Assembly: GCA_963745025.1 (NCBI GenBank)
Contig: CAVUWD010000002.1
Location: 128,001 to 192,000 of the forward strand
Reading direction: 5' to 3'
Length of the DNA stretch: 64,000 nucleotides
Source: an uncultured delta proteobacterium
GTDB lineage: Bacteria > Desulfobacterota > Binatia > JACPRU01
Shown here in pieces: positions 40,789-50,305 of the stretch (its first letter is position 1; every line of letters begins with the position of its first letter). Under the pieces are notes generated by a model, which was given only the letters and a program-made list of their open reading frames with translations, ran no database searches and was not told the DNA's origin. Both the position numbers and the translations under genes were made by a program.

Positions 40789-42105
40789 TCATCTGCATCT
40801 TCGGGCGAGCGCGTAGGCCAGATTCAGTGGCAGGGTCCAAGACATCTGAACCGGGGAGCGCGACAGGCGCCTGCGTATGCTCCGCCACGAGTAGAAGCGG
40901 TTGCTCGCGCGCTGGTATCCGTCCAACAGCGCCTTGGTGCTCATGTGTCGAGGCTGATAGACCACGTCAGCGCGGCCGTTGTACTTGGTCCAGTCGCGCG
41001 TGAGAATTCTACCTTCTGCCTCCAAGCGCTGATACAGCCGAGTTCCCGGAAACGGCGTTAGGATGTTGAACGTGGCGTTCTGTACGCCGGCCGTTTCGAG
41101 GAACTCCAGCGTCTCATCGAACACTGCCTCCGTGTCGTCATCGAACCCGAAGATGATTCCTGCTTGCACCGCGATGCCGTGCGCATGGATCCGCTCTATG
41201 GCCTGCGCGTATTTGTCAACGCGATTGAACCCTTTCGAGACTTCGTCGACGCTCGCCTGGGATACCGATTCCAGCCCGACAAACAGCTGCTTGCATCCGC
41301 TGCGCGCAGCCAACTCGAGGAACTCGTCGTCATTGGCGGCGTGGATGGTCGCTTGGCTGCTCCACCATTTGCCGTGAGGCGCTAGCTCGCGGAACAGCGC
41401 CTTGGCGTACTCGATGTCGCCCGCAATGTTGTCATCCCACAGGATGATCACTTTGCCCCCAAAGGAAGCGTACTCCTGCACGACGGCCTGTACCGGTCGC
41501 TTGCGGAAACGGCGCCGATACATCACCGCGAGTGTGCAGAAATCACATCGGTGTGCGCACCCGCGCGTGGCAAACAGAACTCCAGCCGTATGATCGCGCC
41601 GATGAAACAGGTCTTTCCGCGACATCGGAACGTGGTCGAGGGCAGGAGGTTCGAGAGACGAGTACCGCTCGCGATGATGCCCGGTCTCGAACTCAGCGAG
41701 GAATCGCGGCCAGTGGAGCTCGGCTTCCCCGACGAAGATCACGTCCCCGTGCGCCTGCGCCTCATCCGGCATCAACGCCACGTGCGGTCCCCCCAACGCA
41801 ACCGGAGTTCCACGTTGCCGGAACCGGGCTGCCAGGTCATAGGCGTGAGGGGCACTCGGCGTGTGGAAGGTGATTGCGACCAAGTCCGCCGGCGCCTCGA
41901 GATCGACCGGCTCAACCGCTTCATCGACATGGAGCACCGTCCAATGGGGAGGGACAAAGGCGGCCAGATACGGCATGGTGATCTGCTGGAAGTTCAGAAC
42001 GCGCGACCGGCGCACCCGTCGTATCTCTGGGGACGACGCCGTAATCAGGAGGAGGATGTGTGCATCGGATGGTGCACGCGTCGAGCTTCTCAACGTTTCG
42101 ATCAC
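40789..42105 (-). CDS. B12-binding radical SAM protein
   Basis: GGPHVALMPDEA, GEAE, TRGCAHRCDFC, DDN, GLES, TPFPGT. Confidence 0.9.
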   Translation of the reverse strand: MIETLRSSTRAPSDAHILLLITASSPEIRRVRRSRVLNFQQITMPYLAAFVPPHWTVLHVDEAVEPVDLEAPADLVAITFHTPSAPHAYDLAARFRQRGTPVALGGPHVALMPDEAQAHGDVIFVGEAELHWPRFLAEFETGHHRERYSSLEPPALDHVPMSRKDLFHRRDHTAGVLFATRGCAHRCDFCTLAVMYRRRFRKRPVQAVVQEYASFGGKVIILWDDNIAGDIEYAKALFRELAPHGKWWSSQATIHAANDDEFLELAARSGCKQLFVGLESVSQASVDEVSKGFNRVDKYAQAIERIHAHGIAVQAGIIFGFDDDTEAVFDETLEFLETAGVQNATFNILTPFPGTRLYQRLEAEGRILTRDWTKYNGRADVVYQPRHMSTKALLDGYQRASNRFYSWRSIRRRLSRSPVQMSWTLPLNLAYALARRCR

Positions 42106-42179
42106 TCAGTTCCGTCCGACGATAGGATAGGGAGCAAGCCGAGAAACATCGTGCCCACGGTCATCACCTTCGGCCAGAG

Positions 42180-42968
42180 CTAGCCGAGACCGACCCAGCG
42201 CGGACGGGCACCCGTGCCCGGAATGAAATCGACGAGCACCACGCCGGGCATCCCGTTGTGCGATGCGGCCGTGGCTCCCGGATAGCGGACCGGGGTCGGG
42301 TGGTCGCGCACCTCGAGGTAGGCATGGACGTGGCCCAGAGCTACATAGTCCCAGGTCACCGCCGCGAGGTCGCTCGCGAAGATCGGCGAAGATCGGCCCG
42401 CTGAGCCGTCCTCGAGGACGAGCCCGTGCCCGGTCGCGATCGTCCACCGACCGGCCGGCGGCTCGGGCAGGCCCGCGAACGGGCGGTACCCGGGCTCGTG
42501 CTCGAGCATGGCGCGCCCCCAGACGACGACGTCGGTCCCGGGGATTTCCACGACGCAGCCATCGTGGTCGTCGATGACGCGCACATGCTCAAGCCCGGTG
42601 ACGCTCATCAAACGCTCGTGGACCGATCTCCCGTCGACGACGTCGTGATTCCCGCGGATGACGACGACGGGGCAGGCAAGCCTGCCGAACTGCTCGGCCG
42701 TCCACCGGAGCGTCTCGTCGGAGACGCGGACGTGATCGAAGAGATCGCCTGCGATGAGCACGGCATCGACGCACTCGTCACGGGCGCGCGCGATCGCGCG
42801 CTCGAAGGCCGCCTCCTCGTCGCGACGCGCACTGGTGCCAAGATGACAGTCGGACGTGTGCAGCACTGTCGCCGGCCGCCGCGGATCGGGGAGTCGAGGA
42901 AGCGGACGTTTCCGAAGGTCTCCTTTCAGTTCTTGAAGGTGGGTGTACTTTTTCGTTTCCTGGCTCAT
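42180..42968 (-). CDS. Metallophosphoesterase (SbcD/Mre11-like)
   Basis: HTSDCHLG, AGDLFD, GNHD, DYVALGHVH, YPG. Confidence 0.85.
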   Translation of the reverse strand: MSQETKKYTHLQELKGDLRKRPLPRLPDPRRPATVLHTSDCHLGTSARRDEEAAFERAIARARDECVDAVLIAGDLFDHVRVSDETLRWTAEQFGRLACPVVVIRGNHDVVDGRSVHERLMSVTGLEHVRVIDDHDGCVVEIPGTDVVVWGRAMLEHEPGYRPFAGLPEPPAGRWTIATGHGLVLEDGSAGRSSPIFASDLAAVTWDYVALGHVHAYLEVRDHPTPVRYPGATAASHNGMPGVVLVDFIPGTGARPRWVGLG

Positions 42969-43229
42969 TCCGATTGCGGCCTGACGAATGGCCGGTAAGC
43001 TGCTGCGGCCCCGTGGGATGCTACCACGATTCGTGTCGAGTGCGGCTGCCGGCGACGCGGACGAGGACGTCGGCGCGAATCCGCACGTCGTTCCAGGTGA
43101 ACGCCGCCGCGTAGATCGCGGGCACCGCCGGATCGGCCAGCGCGCGGCGGGTCTTTTCCTCCGCCGTCCTCCACGGCGAACGAGGTACACCCGCCGCGCC
43201 CCCGGGGCCGGACTTGCACGTGCGGCGAG

Positions 43230-44153
43230 TCATTCATGCGTGGGTCCGCTACCGTCCCAAGGCAGTCGGAACCCGCATTCACACAGACCGTAGCCGATGG
43301 TGCCGTCGGCAAGCCGGTACTCCATCATGTTCTCGCTCAGGAAAAAACCGTCGAAGGGGATGAACGCCCGGAAGATGGGCTTGGCGCTATACTCCCAGGT
43401 CCGGTCGAGGCTATCCCGGTATCGCCAGTGCAGGGATCTCACGGTCATCCCGTCGTCCGCGAACTCGACCCTGTCCTCGAGCTCCCGGACCGCCCGCCAG
43501 TCCGTGCCGTCGTAGAGCATTCTCATGTAGACGCTCTGGCCTTGGACCGTGGTCGCGTGGATCCCCGCGAAGGCGAGCCCATTGGCGAACACGGGCCACG
43601 AAAGGCGATAGTGGCCCAGTGCCTCCCAGTTGCGTACACCCCAGCTGATATCGCGAAACCCGGTGCCGTTCACTTCGATACCGGGTCCGCGCAGGCGAAG
43701 GGTGCCGGTGACGCGACCCGGCCCCTCGAGATGGGCCGCCGCGATCTCTTGGGCGAGTGTCCCGGCCTCGTTGCGCGTCATCGCGATGGCGTCGGCCATC
43801 GGGCATAGCCCCTCGAACGTCAGGCTCATGGAGAAGTCGTTGTCCGCGAACTCCAGCTTCGCTTTCTTCAAAGGCTCGATGGAAGCGAGCCGAAGGCCGG
43901 CAACCTCGACCCCGGCGTCCAGCCGATCGGATGTGTAGGGTGATGCCCCGCGGATCCGGTAGTAGGAGGGCTTTCCGTCCTGGAACAGAACCAAGACCAT
44001 GGTGGATTGTTTAAGGTTTTCCAGCAGGCCGATCCGCATGAAGCCCCCGGCGCGGTTTTGCGGATCATAAAAGTTGAAGTAATAGCTCTGGGACCAGTGG
44101 AGCTGGTCGTTCGCAGGGTGGTGCCCTTCGGCATTTTGCAACGCGTCAGTCAT
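43230..44153 (-). CDS. Hypothetical protein, beta-barrel (AttH/lipocalin-like) type
   Basis: WSQSYYFNFYD, H.EGPG.VTG, GFRDISWGVRNW, GYGLCE. Confidence 0.6.
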   Translation of the reverse strand: MTDALQNAEGHHPANDQLHWSQSYYFNFYDPQNRAGGFMRIGLLENLKQSTMVLVLFQDGKPSYYRIRGASPYTSDRLDAGVEVAGLRLASIEPLKKAKLEFADNDFSMSLTFEGLCPMADAIAMTRNEAGTLAQEIAAAHLEGPGRVTGTLRLRGPGIEVNGTGFRDISWGVRNWEALGHYRLSWPVFANGLAFAGIHATTVQGQSVYMRMLYDGTDWRAVRELEDRVEFADDGMTVRSLHWRYRDSLDRTWEYSAKPIFRAFIPFDGFFLSENMMEYRLADGTIGYGLCECGFRLPWDGSGPTHE

Positions 44154-44188
44154 GGCAGTCTCCATCGTTCGGTCGAAGTTCCGATCGT

Positions 44189-45295
44189 TCAGATCTCGCC
44201 GTGCAGCCGTTCGAGCAGCCGGTCTTCGAACCACCCCCACGCGGGTCGCGTCGCCTCTCGCTGCTCCGGGGTCATGTGGCGCACGGCCACGTGGAAGATG
44301 ATCGTGAGCCGAGCGAGCGCAAAGGTTCGGTAGTAATCGAGGTTGGCGGGACGGTAATCGGTCAGTCTTGCGTACTCGTCCAGTAGTTCGGCGTGGGACG
44401 GGACGCCTTCGATGTGGGCGCCCTGCGAAACAAGTTCATTCGCGACGCCCAGGTAAGCCAGGTCTACTTCACGGTGGTTCAAGTTCGCCATTTCCCAGTC
44501 CAGGACCGCTGCGATCTTCGCGCCCGAGTCCTCGAACATGTAGTTCGCAGGGTTCGCGTCGCCATGATTCAAGACGCAGCCGCGGTCTCCGGGCTGATGG
44601 GCGACAAGCCAAGCGCGCACGCGAGAGAGCAGGGCCATCACATCCGGGCGCATCAGGGCGACGGCACTCATGTACCAGCTGAAATCCCGCTCGGGCCAGG
44701 TCTTTCCCTCGCCGCGATGCTTCAGAAACCCCAAACTCGCCGCCTCCCAGGCGAAGCCGTGAACCCTGGCCAGGGTACGTACGACGTTGAAGAGCATCTC
44801 TCGCCGCCCCTCAGCCGTTGCCTCGGCGATGACACCTGCCTGGAAGTAGTTCTGCGGCGATACACGCCCCACCACGAACTCCATGACGAACCCGGGGTAC
44901 TCGAGGAAGGTCCCGCTTGGGTCGAGCCACAGCGGCCTGGGGACCGGCAGCCCGGCACCGCTGAGGGCCCTCTGGACCGCAAACTGTGCCGGGATGTCGC
45001 ATAGATACGGGCCCAAGACACCTACGGGATAACGGTAGCGGAGGACGAACCTGCGCCTCTCTCGGCCTCTACCGAAGTCGGCGGTGGCTGAAAACGCCAA
45101 GATGCCGCTCGACGCTCCGGTTCGGGGTCGTTGCATCTCCCCGCATTCAACAGGGGCGCCGACGTCGGCCTGCGCGGAGAGAAACGTCTCGATGTTCCTC
45201 CGCCATTGGTCCACGTCGACCGACCCCGGTTGGCTGTCCCTCACGCCATCGATCATTTCGATGATTTTGCGCTGCTCGTCGTCCTGGTTGCTCAT
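44189..45295 (-). CDS. APH-family phosphotransferase
   Basis: FVLR, PVPRPLW, HGDANPANY, VLDWE. Confidence 0.85.
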   Translation of the reverse strand: MSNQDDEQRKIIEMIDGVRDSQPGSVDVDQWRRNIETFLSAQADVGAPVECGEMQRPRTGASSGILAFSATADFGRGRERRRFVLRYRYPVGVLGPYLCDIPAQFAVQRALSGAGLPVPRPLWLDPSGTFLEYPGFVMEFVVGRVSPQNYFQAGVIAEATAEGRREMLFNVVRTLARVHGFAWEAASLGFLKHRGEGKTWPERDFSWYMSAVALMRPDVMALLSRVRAWLVAHQPGDRGCVLNHGDANPANYMFEDSGAKIAAVLDWEMANLNHREVDLAYLGVANELVSQGAHIEGVPSHAELLDEYARLTDYRPANLDYYRTFALARLTIIFHVAVRHMTPEQREATRPAWGWFEDRLLERLHGEI

Positions 45296-45322
45296 AGGGT
45301 CGCCTTCCTCCCACCCCGGATT

Positions 45323-45555
45323 TCCGAGCGTGTGACCGCGGCGCTCAAGGCGGCAGGGCACGGCGCACACTTCCAGCGCCTTGACGTGGCGCGACGGACG
45401 CGGAAACGCGAGCGAACGTCCTCGCGCTGCACCCGATCGGCCGGCTCGGCCGGGCCGAGGACGTTGCGCGCGCCATCCTCTACCTCGCCTCCGACGACTC
45501 GTCGTTCGTCACGGGCGCGGAGCTCGTGGTCGACGACGGCGTCACCGCGCAGTAG
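45323..45555 (+). pseudogene. SDR remnant
   Basis: [21 protein letters not shown] then, in another frame, [41 protein letters not shown]. Confidence 0.75.
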
Positions 45556-45639
45556 CAGCATCGGCTGATCGTCCAGCAGCGACCACGCGGACACCTGCGA
45601 TGCGACGGCTGGCCAGCGGCGACGCCGCGATGCGGCCGT

Positions 45640-46050
45640 TCATGCCGGAGCTCCGGAATCCGAGAGCACGACATCGAGGACTACCCGCCGGCCGATGCGC
45701 CCGCCGATCCACGACACGAGATCGAGCATGCGCATCTGCAGACCGTACTTCGCCCGCAGTGCCTCGAAAGCGCGACGCTCGCGCTCGGGGTCGACGATTA
45801 CGTCTACGCTGCCCGGAAACCACTCACTCGAGACGGTTCCGACCGCGTTGCAGACGGCGATCGCGCAATGCGGATTCGCGCGAAGCCGCTTCACTTTCCA
45901 CGACGTACCATCGGTGAAAACGACGAGCGAACCATCGAGCCCGGCCACCCAGACGGGTGTATCGACGCTGGAGCCGTCCCGCCGAAACGTCCGCAGTGAT
46001 ACGTAGGTCGCTTCGGCGAGCACGGAAAGGGCTGAATCGTGAGCAGGCAT
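45640..46050 (-). CDS. PPOX-class F420-dependent oxidoreductase
   Basis: YVSLRTFRRDG..V.TPVW, KVKRLRANP, KYG. Confidence 0.85.
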   Translation of the reverse strand: MPAHDSALSVLAEATYVSLRTFRRDGSSVDTPVWVAGLDGSLVVFTDGTSWKVKRLRANPHCAIAVCNAVGTVSSEWFPGSVDVIVDPERERRAFEALRAKYGLQMRMLDLVSWIGGRIGRRVVLDVVLSDSGAPA

Positions 46051-46101
46051 TTCCTTCAGTTAGGGCGGAGTCGGTCAGACGACAGGCGTTGTCGTGCCGG
46101 G

Positions 46102-46392
46102 TTAGGCGGGAGGCTCGCCCGGAAGCTGTGCCCCGTGCCAGACCGCGATCACCCAAACGCCCCGGTGCTCGACGCGGTAGAAGAAGCGGTACGACGCGAC
46201 GATGAGTTCTCGGTGCGGCAATTCGGGGAACTCAGGAATCGGGCGGCCAGACTGCGGAAGACGCTCAAGGCGCCGTAGCTTCGTCTCGGCACGACGGCGC
46301 AAGGCACGGGCCGCATCGGGATTCTCTTGATAAATGTGGCCAACGGCATCAAGGAATTGTTGACGCCCTGAAGGCGTGAAGCGAACCTTCAA
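46102..46392 (-). CDS. RelE/ParE family toxin
   Basis: MKVRFT, ENPDAA, PQSGR.IPE, YRFFYR, AVWHG. Confidence 0.88.
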   Translation of the reverse strand: MKVRFTPSGRQQFLDAVGHIYQENPDAARALRRRAETKLRRLERLPQSGRPIPEFPELPHRELIVASYRFFYRVEHRGVWVIAVWHGAQLPGEPPA

Positions 46393-46667
46393 CGGCGCCG
46401 CGCTAGCAAGTCGTCCGCTTCAGCCAGGACCGAATCCAGGTCGAACCCCTTGCCCTTGGAAATCTCACGGTCCCCGCGGGCTAGAAGGCGTAGGATTTGG
46501 CGCTCGTTCTCGGAGCGCTCGAAGGATTCCGGGCTCAGCATGATCGCAGCCGCGCGGCCGCGCTGCGTGATGACTACAGGCTGGGCGGACCGACGAACGC
46601 GTTCCAAGACCGCCGCCGCGTCCTGGCGAAGATCCGTGACGGGTACAATTTCGGGTAGCTTCGGCAT
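46389..46667 (-). CDS. Phd/YefM antitoxin
   Basis: IVPVTDLRQ, PVVITQRGRAAA; overlaps toxin start. Confidence 0.9.
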   Translation of the reverse strand: MPKLPEIVPVTDLRQDAAAVLERVRRSAQPVVITQRGRAAAIMLSPESFERSENERQILRLLARGDREISKGKGFDLDSVLAEADDLLARRR

Positions 46668-46717
46668 ACTTCGAAAAGTACGTTAGACAATCTCTGAAAG
46701 CAACCCGTTCTTCTGCC

Positions 46718-46777
46718 GCCTAGCGCCCAGGATCAGCTGCGGCGCGGAGCGCCGGCAGCTGCGTGCTATTTTTAGGC
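46718..46777 (-). repeat. attC site (degenerate cores)
   Basis: Minus strand GCCTAAA..CGCAGCTG..CAGCTGATC..GCTAGGC; one mismatch in each core versus RYYYAAC/GTTRRRY. Confidence 0.65.
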
Positions 46778-46981
46778 GCCTCGTTCACGCGGCCGCCCAT
46801 TCCGCGGAGAGTAGAGCCGACGATGACACCGTCGCGAAGTCGCCATCTTTGCCCCTCGTTTCATCCTTGCGTTCGGTAGTAACGCCGCTTCGGGTCCTGC
46901 GGCCCCGTGCCGACCTCCCCAGCCCGCACGCCCGAGGCCCCGGCCGGCAGCTTCAGCAGGGTGTTCTAGGCCGCAGCAGCT

Positions 46982-47722
46982 TCACAGAGATATCTCGAGC
47001 CCATCGTGACCGGCCTCAACTGGAAGCTCTGCCACGCGCGCCAGCATGTCGGGGCCCATGTGCGTGACGATGAGACGCTTGCAGCCAAGCTCAGAGCGGC
47101 GGCGCGCAAGGGTCGCGTAGTCGAGGTGGAATCGCACGGCCTTGTCGTAGAAGTACGCTTCGCAGATGAAGAGGTCGGCGCCCGCGGCGACTGGAATGAG
47201 GCGATCCGTCCACTCGGTGTCGCCCGTGTAGGCGATGGTGCGACCGTCGAGTTCGATACGGAGCGCGTAGGGCGGTGCCCCGCATGCATGGACGACCTCG
47301 TAGGGGGTAACGCGCACGGCTCCGATCGTTGCGGGACTGCCCTCAGCGAGCTCGAGGAACTCCGTCGCGAACTTCCGCTGCGCTCGCGAGGAGCCGGGGA
47401 AGAACACCTCCATCGCCTGGGTCACACGTTCGGTGAGACCTGGCGGCCCTGCGATCAGCAGGTTGCGCGAGCGGCGTGAGAACTGACCGTCGAGCAAGAA
47501 AAACGGGATGCCCCCGAAGTGATCTCCGTGGAGGTGGGTGATGAGGATGGTGTCGATGTCATTGGGGTCGATGTCCGCTCGCTTGAGTGCGATCAGCGAA
47601 GAGGCGCCGCAATCAACGAGGCAACGCAATCCTTCGGACTCCAGGAGGATGCAAGTCTGCAGGCGACCTCCGGTTCCGAATGCATCGCCACTTCCTAGGA
47701 ATCGCACTCGCACGCGTCCCAC
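46982..47722 (-). CDS. MBL-fold metallohydrolase (RNase Z/PhnP-like)
   Basis: FLGSGDAF, VDCGA, THLHGDH, YTGDT, VTHM. Confidence 0.88.
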   Translation of the reverse strand: MGRVRVRFLGSGDAFGTGGRLQTCILLESEGLRCLVDCGASSLIALKRADIDPNDIDTILITHLHGDHFGGIPFFLLDGQFSRRSRNLLIAGPPGLTERVTQAMEVFFPGSSRAQRKFATEFLELAEGSPATIGAVRVTPYEVVHACGAPPYALRIELDGRTIAYTGDTEWTDRLIPVAAGADLFICEAYFYDKAVRFHLDYATLARRRSELGCKRLIVTHMGPDMLARVAELPVEAGHDGLEISL

Positions 47723-48117
47723 CTTCCTCCCAGCTGCGACCTGTGGTTAGGTGGCGATGACCTTCGGGTCTCCCCACCGATTTCGGCCAATCTCACCGGG
47801 GGAATCGCGAATAGACTCCGCTCGACCCGGTCGATATCCCAAATGCTCACGCGGTTTCCCCATGCAACGAAAGAACCGACAACAGTCGGATAGTAACCCG
47901 GCTTCAAATTCCGCGGGTCCGTAATATCGCTCGTCCGCGATTCTTCGAACCGTTCAATTGCATGGCGAACGTGAGAATGTGCTTCGCGCAACAGCACACA
48001 GGGCAGGTAGAGCCCGTCCTTTAGGTATGCCGAACAACGAAACGAGTTCCGTAAGCGCAGGTCAGGTGTTGGCTCAACGTTCGTGCGCACCCACTGGATC
48101 ATTTCGCCGTATTTCAT
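47695..48117 (-). CDS. Hypothetical cassette protein, probably 3'-truncated
   Basis: Lower-GC ORF whose 3' end runs through a half attC at 47731-47752. Confidence 0.5.
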   Translation of the reverse strand: MKYGEMIQWVRTNVEPTPDLRLRNSFRCSAYLKDGLYLPCVLLREAHSHVRHAIERFEESRTSDITDPRNLKPGYYPTVVGSFVAWGNRVSIWDIDRVERSLFAIPPVRLAEIGGETRRSSPPNHRSQLGGRWDACECDS

Positions 48118-48159
48118 GCTTTCAGTCCGTCTACATCCTGCGATTAGACGGCACGCGCA

Positions 48160-48789
48160 TTAACCTGTGTAGCCGCAAACACCCATGCGCGGAGAGTTGA
48201 CCACGGGAAGGTAGGTCTCCTCCTCAGCGTGAGGGTGCTTCGCTGCATGATCCTCGCAGAGCAGGCCGGCACCCTCGTCGAGGCAAAACGGGCAGACCGT
48301 TGTTGCGGGTGCCGCGCACTCGGAACATGACCACGTCGGGGGATCGTTACGCGCTAGCACGCGTACGGCCGAACGGCCGGCTCTTCCCTCGCGCGTGCCG
48401 ATGACCTGACCGTTGAGAAGCGTCGTCGACCCAAAATCGTACTCGTAACGAAACTTTAGGCCCTTCGAGACCAGCACGCCACCGACTTTGGAACTCTTAC
48501 TCGGCTCGGCCTGGCCCACGTAGAACGCGCTCATGTGACCGCAGCACTCGAGCCATACCGAGCGGAGGAGCCTGTCGAGTTGCTCGAGAGTGGATTCGGC
48601 GCGAGCCTCGACATACAGCCAATACCGGGGGTCGCCCGGTGCTTCGAAGCGCAGCTGCACCAATCGCGCGGCCTTGCCCTTCGGATCGCGCGCCGCAACA
48701 CATTCCGCGAGATGACGCGGCATGGCGCTCTTGTCCGCGGTGTGGCCGCAGAGCTCACACGTTCCGGTATTGTCGGACCTTGGCATCAC
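48160..48789 (-). CDS. Cys-rich pRiA4b ORF-3-like protein
   Basis: CELC, TLEQLD.LLR.VWLECCGHMSAF, YEYDFGSTT, VNSPRMGVCGY. Confidence 0.75.
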   Translation of the reverse strand: MMPRSDNTGTCELCGHTADKSAMPRHLAECVAARDPKGKAARLVQLRFEAPGDPRYWLYVEARAESTLEQLDRLLRSVWLECCGHMSAFYVGQAEPSKSSKVGGVLVSKGLKFRYEYDFGSTTLLNGQVIGTREGRAGRSAVRVLARNDPPTWSCSECAAPATTVCPFCLDEGAGLLCEDHAAKHPHAEEETYLPVVNSPRMGVCGYTG

Positions 48790-48802
48790 TCCTCTTCGTG
48801 CC

Positions 48803-48942
48803 GTCTAACGCCCCGGCGCTCAGCTGCGCCGAGCAGCGACCGCATACCATGAGACCAGCCGACCGGAGAAACGCAGAGCGCGAACCACCTACGGTCACAA
48901 TCAGGAAGGCGGCTCGGCGGCAGCTGCAGCGCCTGGTTGGGC
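48803..48942 (-). repeat. attC site (140 bp)
   Basis: Minus strand GCCCAAC-CAGGCGCTGCAGCTGCCGCCGAGC...GCTCGGCGCAGCTGAGCGCCGGGGC-GTTAGAC; next cassette RBS and start follow immediately. Confidence 0.85.
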
Positions 48943-48945
48943 GGC

Positions 48946-48973
48946 TTGTAACCCGTAACCCGATAGGTTACAA
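48946..48973 (+). promoter_or_regulatory. Palindromic operator upstream of higB
   Basis: TTGTAACC...GGTTACAA inverted repeat 8 nt before the GTG start. Confidence 0.55.
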
Positions 48974-48981
48974 GAAACCCG

Positions 48982-49263
48982 GTGGCGATCCGGAGCTTCC
49001 GACACAAGGGGTTGGGGCGGTTCTTCACCACAGGAAGCGGCGCCGGAGTTCGGGCAAAGCACGTTGAAAGGCTTCGGTTGATTCTCGGCCGTCTGAACGT
49101 CGCCACGGAACCGCGGGACACGAACCTGCCGGGCTTGGAGCTGCACCCGCTAAAAGGCAACCAGAAAGGTCGATGGGCGTTGAAGGTTAGCGGAAACTGG
49201 AGGATCACGTTCGCTTTCGTCGGGAAGGACGTGGAGAAGGTAGATTACGAGGACTACCATTGA
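48982..49263 (+). CDS. higB: HigB (RelE-like) toxin
   Basis: [30 protein letters not shown]. Confidence 0.9.
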   Translation: MAIRSFRHKGLGRFFTTGSGAGVRAKHVERLRLILGRLNVATEPRDTNLPGLELHPLKGNQKGRWALKVSGNWRITFAFVGKDVEKVDYEDYH

Positions 49264-49271
49264 GGTCAGCC

Positions 49272-49556
49272 ATGAAGATGCACGATCCGCCGCATCCCGG
49301 GGAAGTGTTGAAGAAGCTGTGCCTGGAGCCGCTGGAGTTGACCGTAACCGAGGCCGCCAAGGCTCTCGGGGTCAGCCGCAAGACGCTGTCCGCGATCCTG
49401 AACGGTCGCGCTGGGGTGAGTCCGGAAATGGCTGTAAGGCTATCGATCGCGTTCGATACGACGGCCGAGAGCTGGTTGAATCAGCAGGTTCAGTACGATC
49501 TGTCGCGGGCGGAGCGGAAGAGAAAAAAACTGCGAGTGAGACAGCTCGCGGCGTAG
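49272..49556 (+). CDS. higA: HigA antitoxin (HTH)
   Basis: [37 protein letters not shown]. Confidence 0.92.
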   Translation: MKMHDPPHPGEVLKKLCLEPLELTVTEAAKALGVSRKTLSAILNGRAGVSPEMAVRLSIAFDTTAESWLNQQVQYDLSRAERKRKKLRVRQLAA

Positions 49557-49570
49557 GGCTGCTCGAAGCT

Positions 49571-49685
49571 AGCCAACGCCCGCGGCTCACCCGCCGCGGG
49601 CAGCACCCGCATACCAGCGAATGCCTCGACCGGGGAAGAGAAGATCGCGCATCACGGACGGTCAATCAGGACGGCTGCTCGACTC
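49571..49685 (-). repeat. Partial attC related to the 48803-48942 site
   Basis: Shares AAC-GCCC..GCTCA, GCAGC..CCGCATACCA, GACCGG and ACGGTCA..ATCAGGA blocks; the RYYYAAC end is lost. Confidence 0.6.
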
Positions 49686-49714
49686 AGCACGCTCCCAAGG
49701 CGTCTCATCGAGAG

Positions 49715-50125
49715 CTACACCGGTCGATGCTGGGTGCCCTTGCCGGCAGTGACGAAGAAGATTTCGCCCGGCGCGCGGACGACCTGGCGATGCCATACGC
49801 CGCGCGGAACGATGTATGCCTCGCCCCCGTGTAGCTCCACGACTTTTTCGCCGTCGGGCAGCTCGAGCACGAAATCGACCGCACCCGATAGAAGGTAAAC
49901 GAGTTCCTCGCCCTGGGGATGCAGCTCCCACGTGGTCGTGTTGCGGTCAAAGCGGTAGGCAAACGCCAGCCGGCCTTCCGCGTGGTGGTTGACCGTCTGG
50001 CTCCAGAAGTAGGGACCCACCTCGATCGGGAGGGCGCGTCCGTCGTCCGTGAGTTGCACGTAGGTTCGTTGAGGACTGAACGGGTTGCCAATCGAATCGC
50101 GCGGAGGAGCCTTCGGATCGTTCAT
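49715..50125 (-). CDS. Cupin domain protein
   Basis: WELHPQGEELVYLLSG, VPRGVWHR. Confidence 0.85.
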   Translation of the reverse strand: MNDPKAPPRDSIGNPFSPQRTYVQLTDDGRALPIEVGPYFWSQTVNHHAEGRLAFAYRFDRNTTTWELHPQGEELVYLLSGAVDFVLELPDGEKVVELHGGEAYIVPRGVWHRQVVRAPGEIFFVTAGKGTQHRPV

Positions 50126-50199
50126 GCCCGCCACGGAATCAGAGCCGCTTCGCGTCTGCAAGGCTCGTGGGACTCGTCGTGCCGTGCGGCTGTTTCGCC

Positions 50200-50270
50200 A
50201 CCTAACGTTCGAGCTAACCGGCGACCAGTGGCCCCAGGCCGCTGGCCGCCGGTTGAGCGAGGGGTTAGCC
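50200..50270 (-). repeat. attC site (71 bp)
   Basis: Minus strand GGCTAAC-CCCTCGCTCAACCGGCG..CGCCGGTTAGCTCGAAC-GTTAGGT. Confidence 0.85.
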
Positions 50271-50305
50271 CGCAGTCTGGGCGAAGCCGAAGGCGATGGC
50301 CACTA

